Made by a program: the position numbers and the translations under genes
In this document: positions 19,790 to 29,232 of the stretch, piece after piece
Layout: each line of letters begins with the position of its first letter
Numbering within the stretch: the first letter of the stretch is position 1
NCBI GenBank assembly: GCA_022561385.1
Contig: JADFRG010000010.1
Coordinates: 13,135-77,134, forward strand
Direction of reading: 5' to 3'
Source of the DNA: Chloroflexota bacterium
GTDB lineage: Bacteria > Chloroflexota > Anaerolineae > Anaerolineales > E44-bin32
Length of the DNA: 64,000 bases
The notes under the pieces: generated by a model
What the model was told of the DNA's origin: nothing
What the model saw: only the letters and a program-made list of their open reading frames with translations
Database searches by the model: none

Positions 19790-20079
19790 GCGCGTGCCCT
19801 TTCTCGGTGTGGAAAGTGGGACAGGTGGGAAATTTCATTCTCAGAGCGGATGGAATAAGTAGTCTGCAAAGGCTTGGATCCACCTCACTGGCGAAGGACC
19901 TGCTCGGTAGCAATCCACCGCGCCAGAAGCCTGACCTATCGGTTCTTGCCGTCGGCCTTACCCTATAGTCGGCCCCGCCGGTCCTGCTTAGAGGCATTGT
20001 CGCGCATTCGAGTAGAGAGGTCAGGCCCCAGGGAGGCTGAATGGTGCCCGCCCCAGCTAGAGCATGATACCAACCCTAA

Positions 20080-20379
20080 TTCACCAGTAGCTTTATCTTG
20101 CTTCGAGGTCCTCCAGTTCGCCTGGGACCACGCTGCAAATTGCAGGTCGAGAGGTGCCCTTCTTGGACGAGCTGCTTAAAGATCAACCTGGATCGCAACC
20201 CGCGATGAGCTGGATAGCAGCAGGCATATCCTTCGCGACCTGCTATGCTCGATATCGATTCGTGCAGATCTGTGCAACGGGCTCTATGCCACGCGAATAA
20301 CATTCGCTAGATGTCGCTGAGTGAGGGCCATTGGATTCAGGTACTCCTCGAACAAGACTTCGTCAGGATGCGTTGGCAA
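20080..20379 (-). pseudogene. Probable decayed HigA/XRE-type antitoxin remnant
   Basis: The minus-strand translation from TTG 20379 reads (M)PTHPDEVLFEEYLNPMALTQRHLANVIRVA then TAG (20284-20286). This resembles the HigA N-terminus (HPGE(I/V)L.EEFL.P.GL(S/T)Q..LA). Weaker HTH-like and LQ..W-like pieces continue in other frames down to about 20080. Hand alignment only. Confidence 0.3.
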
Positions 20380-20404
20380 ACGATGCTGGGCGAGGTTGCC
20401 TTAG

Positions 20405-21217
20405 TCACGAGCCCAGGCAGGGCGTCTCTTCAACCACCAACCTACCTGTTAGCGCGTCGTCCATGTGAAGGATAGCGAATTCCCCGACTTCGGTAGGGTT
20501 GAACTCCATCGGCGCGATAGCCTTCGAGTCTACGCTGATGGCTTCAGGTACTAGCGCCTCTATGCTCACCCGATGATCGCCGCTCACCGATATATGGTAC
20601 AGGCGCACCGGCAGACCCAGCCGCACGGTAATGGTCTGCGGAAAAAGGAGCCCGTCGGCCGGGCTATGAATAACCGCGAAGGCTTGGAAACCTTGCTCGT
20701 TTTGCATTCGGTCCAAGTCTGCGCAATCCGCGGCCACAATCAGACCGGCCCCGAAGCCGTGACCGACGTTGGACACCTCAAACTCTCCGGCCTGCTCCGG
20801 TGTAAACGTGAAAGTGAACACCTGGCCCGGCCGCATGTTATTTGCCTGTGTAAATGGGCCGATCCGCCACTGGTTGATGTGCTCGCTCGCGGTAGTCACG
20901 GCGTAAAGTTCCACCGGCACATTGGATTGTAAAATGAGCGGGTCGGGCGAGTACCGGAATTCGTACAGTTCCTGGATGATGGCGATGGTCTGGAAATCGC
21001 TAGGAGGGCCCGCAAGAGCGGTGGCGGCCGGTATCGCCGTCGCCGGCGGCTGGGTGGGCACGATCTCACCCGGTGCAGGAGAGGCGTGAAGCATCTCGGC
21101 TCGCGGAGTGGGACTGGCTTGGAGCGAGACCGGGGTGGATGTGGGCACCGGGGTACTGGCCGGCGCGCAGGCGGCAAGCAAGATAAGGAAGGGCGTCAGA
21201 CATACGATGGATTTCAT
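20405..21217 (-). CDS. Hypothetical lipoprotein with two beta-sandwich (cupredoxin-like?) repeats
   Basis: The start is chosen at ATG 21217 (MKSIVCLTPFLILLAAC, signal peptide plus lipobox). A Pro/Thr-rich linker follows, then two similar segments ending GEFEVSNVGHGFGAGLIV and GEFAILHMDDALTGRLVV. The fold assignment is a guess. Confidence 0.6.
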   Translation of the reverse strand: MKSIVCLTPFLILLAACAPASTPVPTSTPVSLQASPTPRAEMLHASPAPGEIVPTQPPATAIPAATALAGPPSDFQTIAIIQELYEFRYSPDPLILQSNVPVELYAVTTASEHINQWRIGPFTQANNMRPGQVFTFTFTPEQAGEFEVSNVGHGFGAGLIVAADCADLDRMQNEQGFQAFAVIHSPADGLLFPQTITVRLGLPVRLYHISVSGDHRVSIEALVPEAISVDSKAIAPMEFNPTEVGEFAILHMDDALTGRLVVEETPCLGS

Positions 21218-21456
21218 GATGCATCTCCCATTTTTGCCCTCCTCGATCGCACGGTGCCAGTTATTAGACCGAGGCACAGCGGGCCTCCCATGGCTCTTCA
21301 GGCCATGCGGCTAGCAATACGCACCTACGCTTGAGACTGTCTGGTCCTGCTCATCGCTCCCTGCCCGAGGTAATCGCGGAAGTTGGCGCCTAAATAAGTA
21401 AGCAGGACTTCCGCCCAAGTCCGGTCGTTATGCGCGTCACAGTCGATTATCTGGGT

Positions 21457-22429
21457 GCACGATTTTTAGAGAAGCTCGCGGTCGCCTCCTCCGAATTGCG
21501 GCCGCCCGCCAGACGCTTCTGTCCACGGACGTCCTCCCCCAGAGCCGTGGCGATACGGGCGTATTTTTTGGGGCTCGCCAAGATGGTTGTACTCCATGAC
21601 CGGGCCTAGAAGTCTGGCCGTGAGGGCACCGTGGGGAACGTCGTGTACGCCCCCGGCCGACTGGCTCATCGCATGGGCTGCCCCTGCGCTTTCGGTGTCG
21701 TAGGCCATGGCGGCCTGGCTCATTTGGTAGCGGGCTTCGACGTTGTGACCCTGCGCGAACGCTACTCGCAAGTATTGACCGATGTACTCCATAGCCTGGA
21801 GCGCGACCGCGTCCGTTAGTGGTTGGGCGTAGCCGCAGGTGTAGCATTCGATGGCGTGCGCCAGCGCGTCCATACCCGTGCCGGCCGTGATGTCCGCGGG
21901 CAGGTCGAAAGTGAGTTCGGGATCGATCAGCTCCACCCATGCGGCAATGAGCGGCGCTCCCCCAACATTGAACTTGACCTTGCGTTCGGGATCGGTGACC
22001 ACCGCCCAGAGAGTCACCTTGCTCCCGCTCCCAGCGGTCGTCGGAATGCAGATGGTGGGCGGGATTCGGCGCTCAATCGGCTGCGGGTCGGCCCATTCGT
22101 AGTCGCGTATTGAGCCTCCATTGGCCGCGACCACGCCGATGGCCTTCGCGGTGTCCATCGCACTCTTTGCTCTGATAGAGCTCCGTCCCCTCGTCCACCT
22201 TCGCAAGGGACGGATTCGGTACCACTCGATCGAAAACCGCGTAAGAAATGTTGGCGGCCTTTAATGGCGATTCGGCCTGCTCGAGAAGGCCCGCGCCGAT
22301 AATCCCCGCCCCACAGACCACCAGAGCACGCTTCATCCCCAGCGCCTTGACTTCATCGGCAAGGGAGGAAAGCGATCCCAATCCATGCTTCATTACGGTG
22401 GGGATTTCGAACGTTCTTACGTGGGACAT
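21457..22429 (-). pseudogene. Iron-containing (group III) alcohol dehydrogenase, disrupted
   Basis: The N-terminal ORF (22429 down to about 22154, ...ELYQSKECDG) and a second ORF in another frame (SAMDTAKAIG...HAIE...) are both Fe-ADH-like. The GGGS glycine motif normally found between them is missing. A second frameshift lies at the A6/T6 run 21564-21569: removing one base restores PQKYARIATALGEDV. The C-terminus is also short. Confidence 0.8.
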
Positions 22430-22608
22430 GCAACTTCAGTCGGTGTGCGTAGAGTGTAGCAGAAACAGTACCAGCCCCTGCGCTCAGGACGTATCTCGAT
22501 GTGCATCACTTGTTCCATATGCTTTGATCGCACCATCGTACCTGGGGGACGTAGAGCTGGTGGAAGCCGTGCGTCGAATTAATGGCGCGAGCGCGCCTTT
22601 GGTGGGTC

Positions 22609-23127
22609 CTAATTCGAGTCCGCCTTGGCGGCGGATCCGGCCTCAAGCATTTCTTTTAGCTCAGTCCGCGCTGTGTGCTCCTCGATCTCCTCGGCGATAG
22701 CCCATTCCTCGACCAGGCCGTTGATGAACTGTTCGAGAGACCGTCGCTCGGTATCGCTCAGCCGATTTTCGGTGTTTCTCGCCGATAGATCTCGAATGGC
22801 GCGCACGACCGAGCGCAGCGAGCCAGTGGTCATCACATCCTTGATCCGGGTCCGCCGTTTAGTGTGATCCGGATCCATCTCGCGGGGAGTCCTCTTTAGC
22901 AGTTTGAGCGCCTTGCGGAACTGGCGCCGAGAGGCAAGCCTTCGCACGCGGCTGGATTGCAGCCCCTCCACGGGAAGCCAATAAATCGCGTGTTCGCCCT
23001 CCACACGATAGAATTCGATCTTTTTCCCCTCTATATGCTTCTTCTCAAGCTTCGTGACCCTACCGATGCCATAAGAAGGGTGGACGAGCCAGTCCCCTTT
23101 AGAGTAGATTTCCCCTCCTCCAGCCAT
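22609..23127 (-). CDS. carD: CarD/CdnL-family transcriptional regulator (RNAP-binding)
   Basis: The start is chosen at ATG 23127 (MAGGGEIYSKGDWLVHPSYGIGRV...). It has the N-terminal CarD_TRCF-type domain and a helical C-terminal domain. The part of the ORF-track ORF upstream of this start looks non-coding. Confidence 0.85.
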   Translation of the reverse strand: MAGGGEIYSKGDWLVHPSYGIGRVTKLEKKHIEGKKIEFYRVEGEHAIYWLPVEGLQSSRVRRLASRRQFRKALKLLKRTPREMDPDHTKRRTRIKDVMTTGSLRSVVRAIRDLSARNTENRLSDTERRSLEQFINGLVEEWAIAEEIEEHTARTELKEMLEAGSAAKADSN

Positions 23128-23164
23128 GGGTCCCTCGCACTTCTCCCTTGCGCGTACCAGTCCT

Positions 23165-23194
23165 ATTATAAGACGCAGTCCAAGCCTAAGGCAA
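23165..23194 (-). promoter_or_regulatory. Promoter candidate for carD (TTGCCT-N18-TATAAT on the minus strand)
   Basis: Hexamers read on the minus strand: -35 at 23194-23189 and -10 at 23170-23165, about 38 nt upstream of ATG 23127. Confidence 0.4.
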
Positions 23195-23410
23195 AAATAG
23201 TTGGGCGACTCGCACTCCCGGTCGCTACGGTGCGGATTAGATCGCTCGCTTCTTGTTTGGTGGACGACGCCTAAGGGGTGAATTAGGTCGCAAGCTAGGG
23301 CCGACCTCGCCTGTATAACTTGGGCCGGACGTCGCACAACCTCCGCCAGCCTGGGTCCGAGGGAATCCTCCCCAGCGTTAGAGGCGCGGCCTCCCAGATC
23401 TTATTCTGGG

Positions 23411-23788
23411 CTAGTCTTTGAACAGATCCGTCCGCAGAATGGCTGCTCCCTCCAGATAACGGTGGGCCACAGCGGATTGCGGCTGCTCAGTATCCCAGAG
23501 CACCCGCACCCGAATACATTGGTTCAAGGCCCCTTCGACGCGCATCTCCTGAACGCACATCAGGCCGGCCTCGGTCCACCCCAGGTCGCGGGCCACTTCC
23601 GCCGGATACGCCTGATCGAGATCCGGAGTTACAGAAAATGTGGCCGCGATGACCTCGCTTGGCTTCAGGCCGTTCGCCTCGGTCAGCGCATGCAAAAGAG
23701 CACGGGTGGCCTCAAGGATCGCTTCCTGGGAGTTTTCGGGAACCGTTATAGCGCCTCGAATCGCTCGGACCGGCATGCTACGCGGCAT
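23411..23788 (-). CDS. aroH: Chorismate mutase, AroH class (monofunctional)
   Basis: 125 aa. The VRAIRGAITV N-terminal motif and overall AroH-type pattern are present. The gene is divergent from the aro operon. Confidence 0.9.
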   Translation of the reverse strand: MPRSMPVRAIRGAITVPENSQEAILEATRALLHALTEANGLKPSEVIAATFSVTPDLDQAYPAEVARDLGWTEAGLMCVQEMRVEGALNQCIRVRVLWDTEQPQSAVAHRYLEGAAILRTDLFKD

Positions 23789-23805
23789 GGTACCACCAAT
23801 TCACC

Positions 23806-23835
23806 TTGACCGATTTTCCCAGGCTGTGCTATGAT
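23806..23835 (+). promoter_or_regulatory. Promoter candidate for the aro leader/operon (TTGACC-N18-TATGAT)
   Basis: Hexamers at 23806-23811 and 23830-23835. The leader ATG at 23843 begins 7 nt after the -10 hexamer, so the leader may be leaderless or nearly so. Confidence 0.5.
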
Positions 23836-23842
23836 CCCGCAG

Positions 23843-23923
23843 ATGATTCGAACATCCTGGCGAAGCTTTGGCTATTATTATTTTGGAGGGTTGAGCGCTC
23901 AGCCGCTGCTTCGGCTTGTATAG
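23843..23923 (+). CDS. Candidate aro-operon leader peptide, 26 aa: MIRTSWRSFGYYYFGGLSAQPLLRLV
   Basis: My own translation of 23843-23923 (ATG ... TAG). Codons 6-14 contain Trp, Phe, Tyr-Tyr-Tyr and Phe. The ORF lies between the promoter-like hexamers and the terminator hairpin, directly upstream of the DAHP synthase gene. Confidence 0.6.
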   Translation: MIRTSWRSFGYYYFGGLSAQPLLRLV

Positions 23924-23945
23924 GTAGGCATCATCCACTATCCAG

Positions 23946-23973
23946 GCACCGAGCAACGGCTCGGTGCTTTTTT
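23946..23973 (+). terminator. Intrinsic terminator/attenuator hairpin in the aroF 5' leader
   Basis: GCACCGAGC-aacg-GCTCGGTGC forms a perfect 9-bp stem (23946-23967) followed by TTTTTT (23968-23973). It ends 27 nt before ATG 24001, which has the SD GGAGGAGG. There is no upstream + strand gene for it to terminate. Confidence 0.8.
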
Positions 23974-24000
23974 GTTTTCTACTAACCGAAGGAGGAGGAA

Positions 24001-25047
24001 ATGATCATTATTATGAAACATGACGCAACACAAGCCCAGATCGATTATGTGGTGGCAAAGGTGGAAGGCCTTGGATACGAGGCGCATTTGAGCGCCGGGC
24101 AGGAACGCACGATCGTGGGTGTGATTGGCGACGACCGCCCGATCGATCCCGGCAATTTTCAACCGATTCAAGGCGTCGAGAACGTGCTCTCGATATTAAA
24201 ACCTTTCAAACTCGCCTCCCGCGAGATGCATCCCATGGATACGGTGGTGGATGTTGACGGGCTGCTCATCGGCGGAAACGAGCTGGTGATTATGGCCGGA
24301 CCCTGCTCGGTCGAAAACCGAGATCAGCTATTGGAGACCGCCCACGCAGTTAAGGAGAGCGGCGCAACCATTCTGCGGGGCGGTGCCTTCAAGCCACGTA
24401 GCTCACCGTATAGCTTTCAGGGTCTGGGGGAAGAGGGGCTGGAACTCCTGGCAGAGGCGCGGCACGAAACGGGCCTGAAAATTATTACCGAAGCCATGTC
24501 GCCCGAGCAAGTCCCAGTTGTTGCCAAGTACGCGGACATCATCCAACTTGGGGCTCGAAATATGCAGAACTATGAGCTGCTGCGGGCCGCGGGGCGGGCG
24601 GGACTCCCGGTGCTGCTCAAGCGAGGATTGATGGCGACCATCGAGGAATGGTTGATGTCGGCCGAATACTTGCTGTCGGTTGGAAATGAGCGGATCATAC
24701 TTTGCGAGCGGGGGATCCGATCCTTCGAGAGCTACACTAGAAATACCACCGACATCAACGCCATCCCGGTCGTGCAGGAGCTCTCACACCTGCCGGTGAT
24801 TCTGGACCCCAGCCACAGCACTGGAAAGTGGGAGTACGTAACGGCCGTAGCGCGAGCCGGAGTGGCTGCTGGAGCAGATGGTCTGATCATAGAAGTCCAT
24901 CCCAATCCGGAAGAGGCGCTTTCGGACGGTGCCCAGAGTCTGCGGCCGGAGCGCTTTGCGGAATTGGTTGGGCAGGTCCGGGAAGTTGCCCGGGCGGTTG
25001 GACGGGAGCTGATTGAGCCGGAATGGACCTCGAAGACGCCCGCCTAA
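24001..25047 (+). CDS. aroF: 3-deoxy-7-phosphoheptulonate (DAHP) synthase, type I-beta with an N-terminal ferredoxin-like/ACT-like regulatory domain
   Basis: 348 aa. The first ~70 aa ([31 protein letters not shown]...) resemble the Thermotoga-type regulatory domain. The catalytic barrel carries [15 protein letters not shown] and [19 protein letters not shown]. Confidence 0.95.
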   Translation: MIIIMKHDATQAQIDYVVAKVEGLGYEAHLSAGQERTIVGVIGDDRPIDPGNFQPIQGVENVLSILKPFKLASREMHPMDTVVDVDGLLIGGNELVIMAGPCSVENRDQLLETAHAVKESGATILRGGAFKPRSSPYSFQGLGEEGLELLAEARHETGLKIITEAMSPEQVPVVAKYADIIQLGARNMQNYELLRAAGRAGLPVLLKRGLMATIEEWLMSAEYLLSVGNERIILCERGIRSFESYTRNTTDINAIPVVQELSHLPVILDPSHSTGKWEYVTAVARAGVAAGADGLIIEVHPNPEEALSDGAQSLRPERFAELVGQVREVARAVGRELIEPEWTSKTPA

Positions 25048-25895
25048 CAATCGTCGGCCTTGGGCTGATGGGCGGCTCCATGGCGCTCGCTCTGCGGCCG
25101 CGCTGCCGGGAGCTGGTCGGGATCGATTCGAATCCAGAGACCTTGGAGCTCGCGCGCCGAGCCGGAATCACGACCCAAGAATCAGATCCCGCGCAGGCCC
25201 ACACCGATGTGCTGGTCCTGGCAACGCCGGTGAAGGAAACCTTGAGATTACTTGAGGCCTTCCGATCGGACCCACCCGCGGTCCATTTGTTGATGGATAT
25301 TGGATCTACCAAACGACAGATTGTAGATGCGATGGAAATGCTTCCAAGCCGGGTCGCGGCAGTGGGAGGCCACCCATTGTGCGGGAAGGAGCGGGCAGGT
25401 TTTGCAGAGGCCGAGGCGGAATTATTCTTTGGGAGTTTATTTGTGCTGACTCCATGCTCACGGACCACGCCCAGCTCGCTCGCGCTTGCGGAACAGATTG
25501 TGGGTGCGCTCGGGGCCTCGGTCCGGCAAATGGAGGCCGCCCGGCACGACCGGCTGGTGGCCACCGCGAGCCACCTTCCTTACCTCTTGGCCACCGCGCT
25601 GATGAGGTCTGCGGAGTCGGTCGGCGGGAAGGATCCTGAACTATGGGACCTGGTTTCCTCGGGTTTCCTCAGCACCTCCCGGCTGGGAGCCAGTGATCTC
25701 ACCATGATGGTCGACATACTCACCACAAACCAGGACAACGTGCAGGAGGCGTTGGCGCTCGCTCAATCCGAGCTGGAGCAACTGCGCGAGCTGTTGGTCG
25801 GCGGGGAAATCGGGCGGCTGCGCGATTATTTGGAGCCCTCGCAGCTCAGGCGCGCTTCGATGAAGAATCCAGGGGGTAGCACTCGTGGAGCTTAA
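25023..25895 (+). CDS. tyrA: Prephenate (or arogenate) dehydrogenase
   Basis: 290 aa with the [15 protein letters not shown] Rossmann motif and the GGHPLCG motif. It overlaps the aroF 3' end by 25 nt. Confidence 0.9.
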   Translation: MDLEDARLTIVGLGLMGGSMALALRPRCRELVGIDSNPETLELARRAGITTQESDPAQAHTDVLVLATPVKETLRLLEAFRSDPPAVHLLMDIGSTKRQIVDAMEMLPSRVAAVGGHPLCGKERAGFAEAEAELFFGSLFVLTPCSRTTPSSLALAEQIVGALGASVRQMEAARHDRLVATASHLPYLLATALMRSAESVGGKDPELWDLVSSGFLSTSRLGASDLTMMVDILTTNQDNVQEALALAQSELEQLRELLVGGEIGRLRDYLEPSQLRRASMKNPGGSTRGA

Positions 25896-27177
25896 AGTCA
25901 CAGGAGCCGCCAAGAACCTGCGAGGAACGATTCGAGTTCCTGGCGACAAATCTATGACACACCGTGCATTGCTCTTAGGAGCAATGGCCGGCGGTGCCAG
26001 CCGTCTGCGGGGAATGATGCGGGCGGGCGTGATCGATGCTATGCGCGACTGCCTGGCGGCGCTCGGGGTTGAGATCGAGAAGATAGATGAAGAAGAGACG
26101 CTTGTGCATGGGAGGCATTGGTTATCTCCAGACCGAATATTAGATTGTCGCAATTCAGGCACAACGATGCGATTCCTGATGGGAGCCCTGGCCGGCTCGT
26201 CCGTCTCGGCCACCCTGACCGGATCTCCGCGGCTTTCGCAACGGCCGATGGATCGAGTGGCAGAACCGCTGCGAAGGATGGGGGCCCAAATCGCCGGACA
26301 CAATGGCAGCGACCAGCCGCCGCTGCAGATCGCGGGCTCCCGGCTGCGCGGGATCGAATACGACATGCCGGTCGCCTCCGCCCAGGTGAAAACCGCCATC
26401 TTGTTGGCCGGGTTACATGCCGAAGGCCGCACGCTTATACACGAACCGGTGGCCTCCCGCGACCACTCCGAACGGTTGCTTCGACACCTGGGCGTGTCGG
26501 TGACGAACTCTAACGGCACGCTCCACCTTGAGCCCATTCAGGCCCCGCTTCCAGCATTCGAGTTTGTTATTCCGGGCGACCTCTCCGCGGCGGCCTTCAT
26601 GGTGGCGGCCGCCTTGCTGACTCCAGGCTCGGAGATCAGGGTTCAAAATTTGGGTCTCAACCCCACTCGTACCGGCCTGCTGAACACCATGCGGCGCATG
26701 GGGGCGACTATCGAAACCAGCGCTATTACGGAAACGGCCGGTGAGCCGACCGGTGAGCTGACCGCCACGTTTTCGCCCCTGAAAGGGATCGAGATTCAAG
26801 GAGAGCAGGTGGTGTCGATGATCGACGAAATTCCCGCCCTGGCGGTTGTCGCCACGCAGGCGCATGGGGAGACAAAGATCCGTGGAGCAGGCGAATTGCG
26901 GCTGAAGGAATCGGATCGCCTGTCCGGAATGACGGCCGAGTTAAGGAAAATGGGGGCCCAGATCGAGGAGCACCCGGATGGGCTCACCATCGAAGGCCCG
27001 ACCCCGCTCACTGGAACGCGAGTGCATTCGCATGGGGATCATCGGCTCGCCATGGCCCTGACGGTAGCCGGATTATTGGCCTCCGGGGAGACGATCATCG
27101 CAGACGCTGAAGTCATTCACGAGTCTTACCCCGAATTCGTAACAACTCTACGTTCGATCGGAGCAGAGCTGGAGTGA
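25885..27177 (+). CDS. aroA: 3-phosphoshikimate 1-carboxyvinyltransferase (EPSP synthase)
   Basis: 430 aa with a GTG start. Motifs: LRGTIRVPGDKSMTHRALLLGAMA, LKESDRL, DHRLAMA. Confidence 0.95.
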   Translation: MELKVTGAAKNLRGTIRVPGDKSMTHRALLLGAMAGGASRLRGMMRAGVIDAMRDCLAALGVEIEKIDEEETLVHGRHWLSPDRILDCRNSGTTMRFLMGALAGSSVSATLTGSPRLSQRPMDRVAEPLRRMGAQIAGHNGSDQPPLQIAGSRLRGIEYDMPVASAQVKTAILLAGLHAEGRTLIHEPVASRDHSERLLRHLGVSVTNSNGTLHLEPIQAPLPAFEFVIPGDLSAAAFMVAAALLTPGSEIRVQNLGLNPTRTGLLNTMRRMGATIETSAITETAGEPTGELTATFSPLKGIEIQGEQVVSMIDEIPALAVVATQAHGETKIRGAGELRLKESDRLSGMTAELRKMGAQIEEHPDGLTIEGPTPLTGTRVHSHGDHRLAMALTVAGLLASGETIIADAEVIHESYPEFVTTLRSIGAELE

Positions 27178-28070
27178 AAAAAGTCGTGCTTTTAGGCGCT
27201 CCGGTGGCCCACTCCTTCTCACCCACCATTCAGAACGCGGCCTTCAAGGAGGCCGACCTGGACTGGCGCTACCAGGCCTTGGAGATCGCCCCCGGAAATC
27301 TTGGCGCGACCCTCGCGCGCATGCGCGAGGAGGGATGGCCGGGCGCCAACGTGACCATCCCGTTCAAGGAGGCAGTATCGCCGCTCCTGGATGAGATTGA
27401 CCCTTCGGCGGACCGGACGTCGGCCGTCAATACCATCGTCAACAACAACGGCCATCTGGTGGGTCACAACACGGACTTAAGGGGATTCATGACCGATCTG
27501 AAGGCCCATTGGCAAGTCCCGAGTGCCGGACCTTCTCTTATCCTTGGAGCCGGCGGAGCCGCGCGGGCGGTGGCTTTCGGGTTGGCGGGTGAGGGCCTCG
27601 ACCTGACCTTCATCGCCAGGTCAAGCGGCCGCGCCGAACGATTGGCCGAGGACGTGCGCCGAGGCGGCGCGGCGGACGTGGCAACACTCCCCTGGGCGCG
27701 CGAGTTTTTCGTAAATTCTTCGAGCCAGTGCATCCTGGTGGTCAACGCCACCCCGTTGGGCATGATGCCTAATATCCGAAAATCGCCCTGGCCGGACGAT
27801 TTGCCCCTTCCCCCGGATGCTTTTGTTTATGATCTGGTCTACTCTCCCCCGGAAACTCGGCTGGTGCAGCAGGCGCATCAATCGGGGATCGAGGCCGTGT
27901 CCGGGGCCGGCATGTTGCTGGAACAAGCCGCCTTATCGTTTGAGCTCTGGACCGGCCAAACCGCCCCGCGCGAACGGATGCGAGCCGCACTTGGAAAGGC
28001 GTTAGGGCGATCGAGCGCCTGGGGGAAATTGGCAGGCCAGCCTAACCGCCGCGAGGTGTTGGATGCTTAG
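27174..28070 (+). CDS. aroE: Shikimate dehydrogenase
   Basis: 298 aa. The GTG start overlaps the aroA stop (GTGA). Motifs: GAPVAHSFSPTIQNAAF, NVTIPFKE, NTD, GAGGAARA. Confidence 0.9.
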   Translation: MKKVVLLGAPVAHSFSPTIQNAAFKEADLDWRYQALEIAPGNLGATLARMREEGWPGANVTIPFKEAVSPLLDEIDPSADRTSAVNTIVNNNGHLVGHNTDLRGFMTDLKAHWQVPSAGPSLILGAGGAARAVAFGLAGEGLDLTFIARSSGRAERLAEDVRRGGAADVATLPWAREFFVNSSSQCILVVNATPLGMMPNIRKSPWPDDLPLPPDAFVYDLVYSPPETRLVQQAHQSGIEAVSGAGMLLEQAALSFELWTGQTAPRERMRAALGKALGRSSAWGKLAGQPNRREVLDA

Positions 28071-29232
28071 ATTTCTGACCGCCGGAGAATCGCACGGGCC
28101 TGAACTGCTCGCGATCGTGGAGGGTATTCCTGCCGGCCTGGCGCTCACGGAAGCCGACCTGCTTCCCGACCTCGCCCGCCGCCAGGTGGGATTCGGGGTC
28201 GGGCCAAGAATGAAGTCCATCGAGCAGGACGAAGCTCAGATCGTATCGGGTGTGTTGGCCGGGCTCACCATCGGAGCTCCTATCGGCCTACGGATCATCA
28301 ATCGCGATCACACGAAGTGGAAGGGCCAGGAGATTCCGCCGATGACGGTCCCGCGTCCCGGCCATGCGGATCAAACGGCCGCGCTAAAATATGGCTACCC
28401 GGATTTACGCTTCAGCCTGGAGCGTGCCTCTGCGCGTGAGACGGCTGCGCGGGTGGCGGTAGGTGCCGTCTGCCGCAAGCTGCTCGCCGAGTTCGGCATA
28501 TCCATCGGGAGTTACGTCACGGAAATAGGCACCGCCTCCGCCGAATTTGGGGAACTGGATTTTAATCAGCGCTTCGAAGCGGCCGAGCGAAGCGAAGTAC
28601 GCTGCCCAACCGAGGCCGGTACGGCGGCCATGCGTGAAGAGATTCGGGCTGCCATGCAGGCTAAAGATACGTTGGGCGGCGTGTTTGAGGTGGTCGCCTT
28701 AAACGCCCCGCCGGGATTGGGCAGCCATGTGCATTGGGATCGGCGGCTTGGGGGGCGCGTGGCGGCGGCCATGATGAGCATCCATGCCATGAAAGGGGTT
28801 GAGATTGGCCCGGGCTTCGAAAACGCTCGAATGCGCGGCACGCAGGTCCACGATGAGTTCGAAACCTCGGACGAGCGAGTCCGCCGCCGGAGCAACCGTG
28901 CCGGCGGTCTCGAAGGAGGAATCACAACCGGCGACCCGCTCATCGTCCGGGTTGCGATGAAACCCATCTCGACCACACTGACCCCACGCGCCTCGGTGGA
29001 TCTGGCCACCGGTCAGGCGGCCGAAACCCGTTACGAGCGCTCAGATTTCTGCTCGGTCCCCCGCGCGGCCGTTGTGGGAGAGGCCATGCTTTGTATTGTG
29101 CTGGCAGAGGCGCTGCTTCGTAAACTCGGCGGCGATTCGGTTTCGGAGATGAAGCCCAGGTTCGACCAGCTGCCGCGGGGTCGCCTGGACGATTTTAAAA
29201 TGGTCAATGAGCCCATCATCTTCTGGGACTAG
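28063..29232 (+). CDS. aroC: Chorismate synthase
   Basis: 389 aa with the MLRFLTAGESHGP N-terminus and the RPGHAD and SARETA motifs. Confidence 0.95.
   Translation: MLRFLTAGESHGPELLAIVEGIPAGLALTEADLLPDLARRQVGFGVGPRMKSIEQDEAQIVSGVLAGLTIGAPIGLRIINRDHTKWKGQEIPPMTVPRPGHADQTAALKYGYPDLRFSLERASARETAARVAVGAVCRKLLAEFGISIGSYVTEIGTASAEFGELDFNQRFEAAERSEVRCPTEAGTAAMREEIRAAMQAKDTLGGVFEVVALNAPPGLGSHVHWDRRLGGRVAAAMMSIHAMKGVEIGPGFENARMRGTQVHDEFETSDERVRRRSNRAGGLEGGITTGDPLIVRVAMKPISTTLTPRASVDLATGQAAETRYERSDFCSVPRAAVVGEAMLCIVLAEALLRKLGGDSVSEMKPRFDQLPRGRLDDFKMVNEPIIFWD

Noticed and set aside
25641-26537. 298-aa ORF on the minus strand, plus the 225-aa ORF at 24887-25564.
   Set aside because: Both are antisense to the clearly homologous aroA and tyrA genes. 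Their products are Arg/Pro/Ser-rich with no recognisable motifs, which is a typical shadow ORF in GC-rich DNA.
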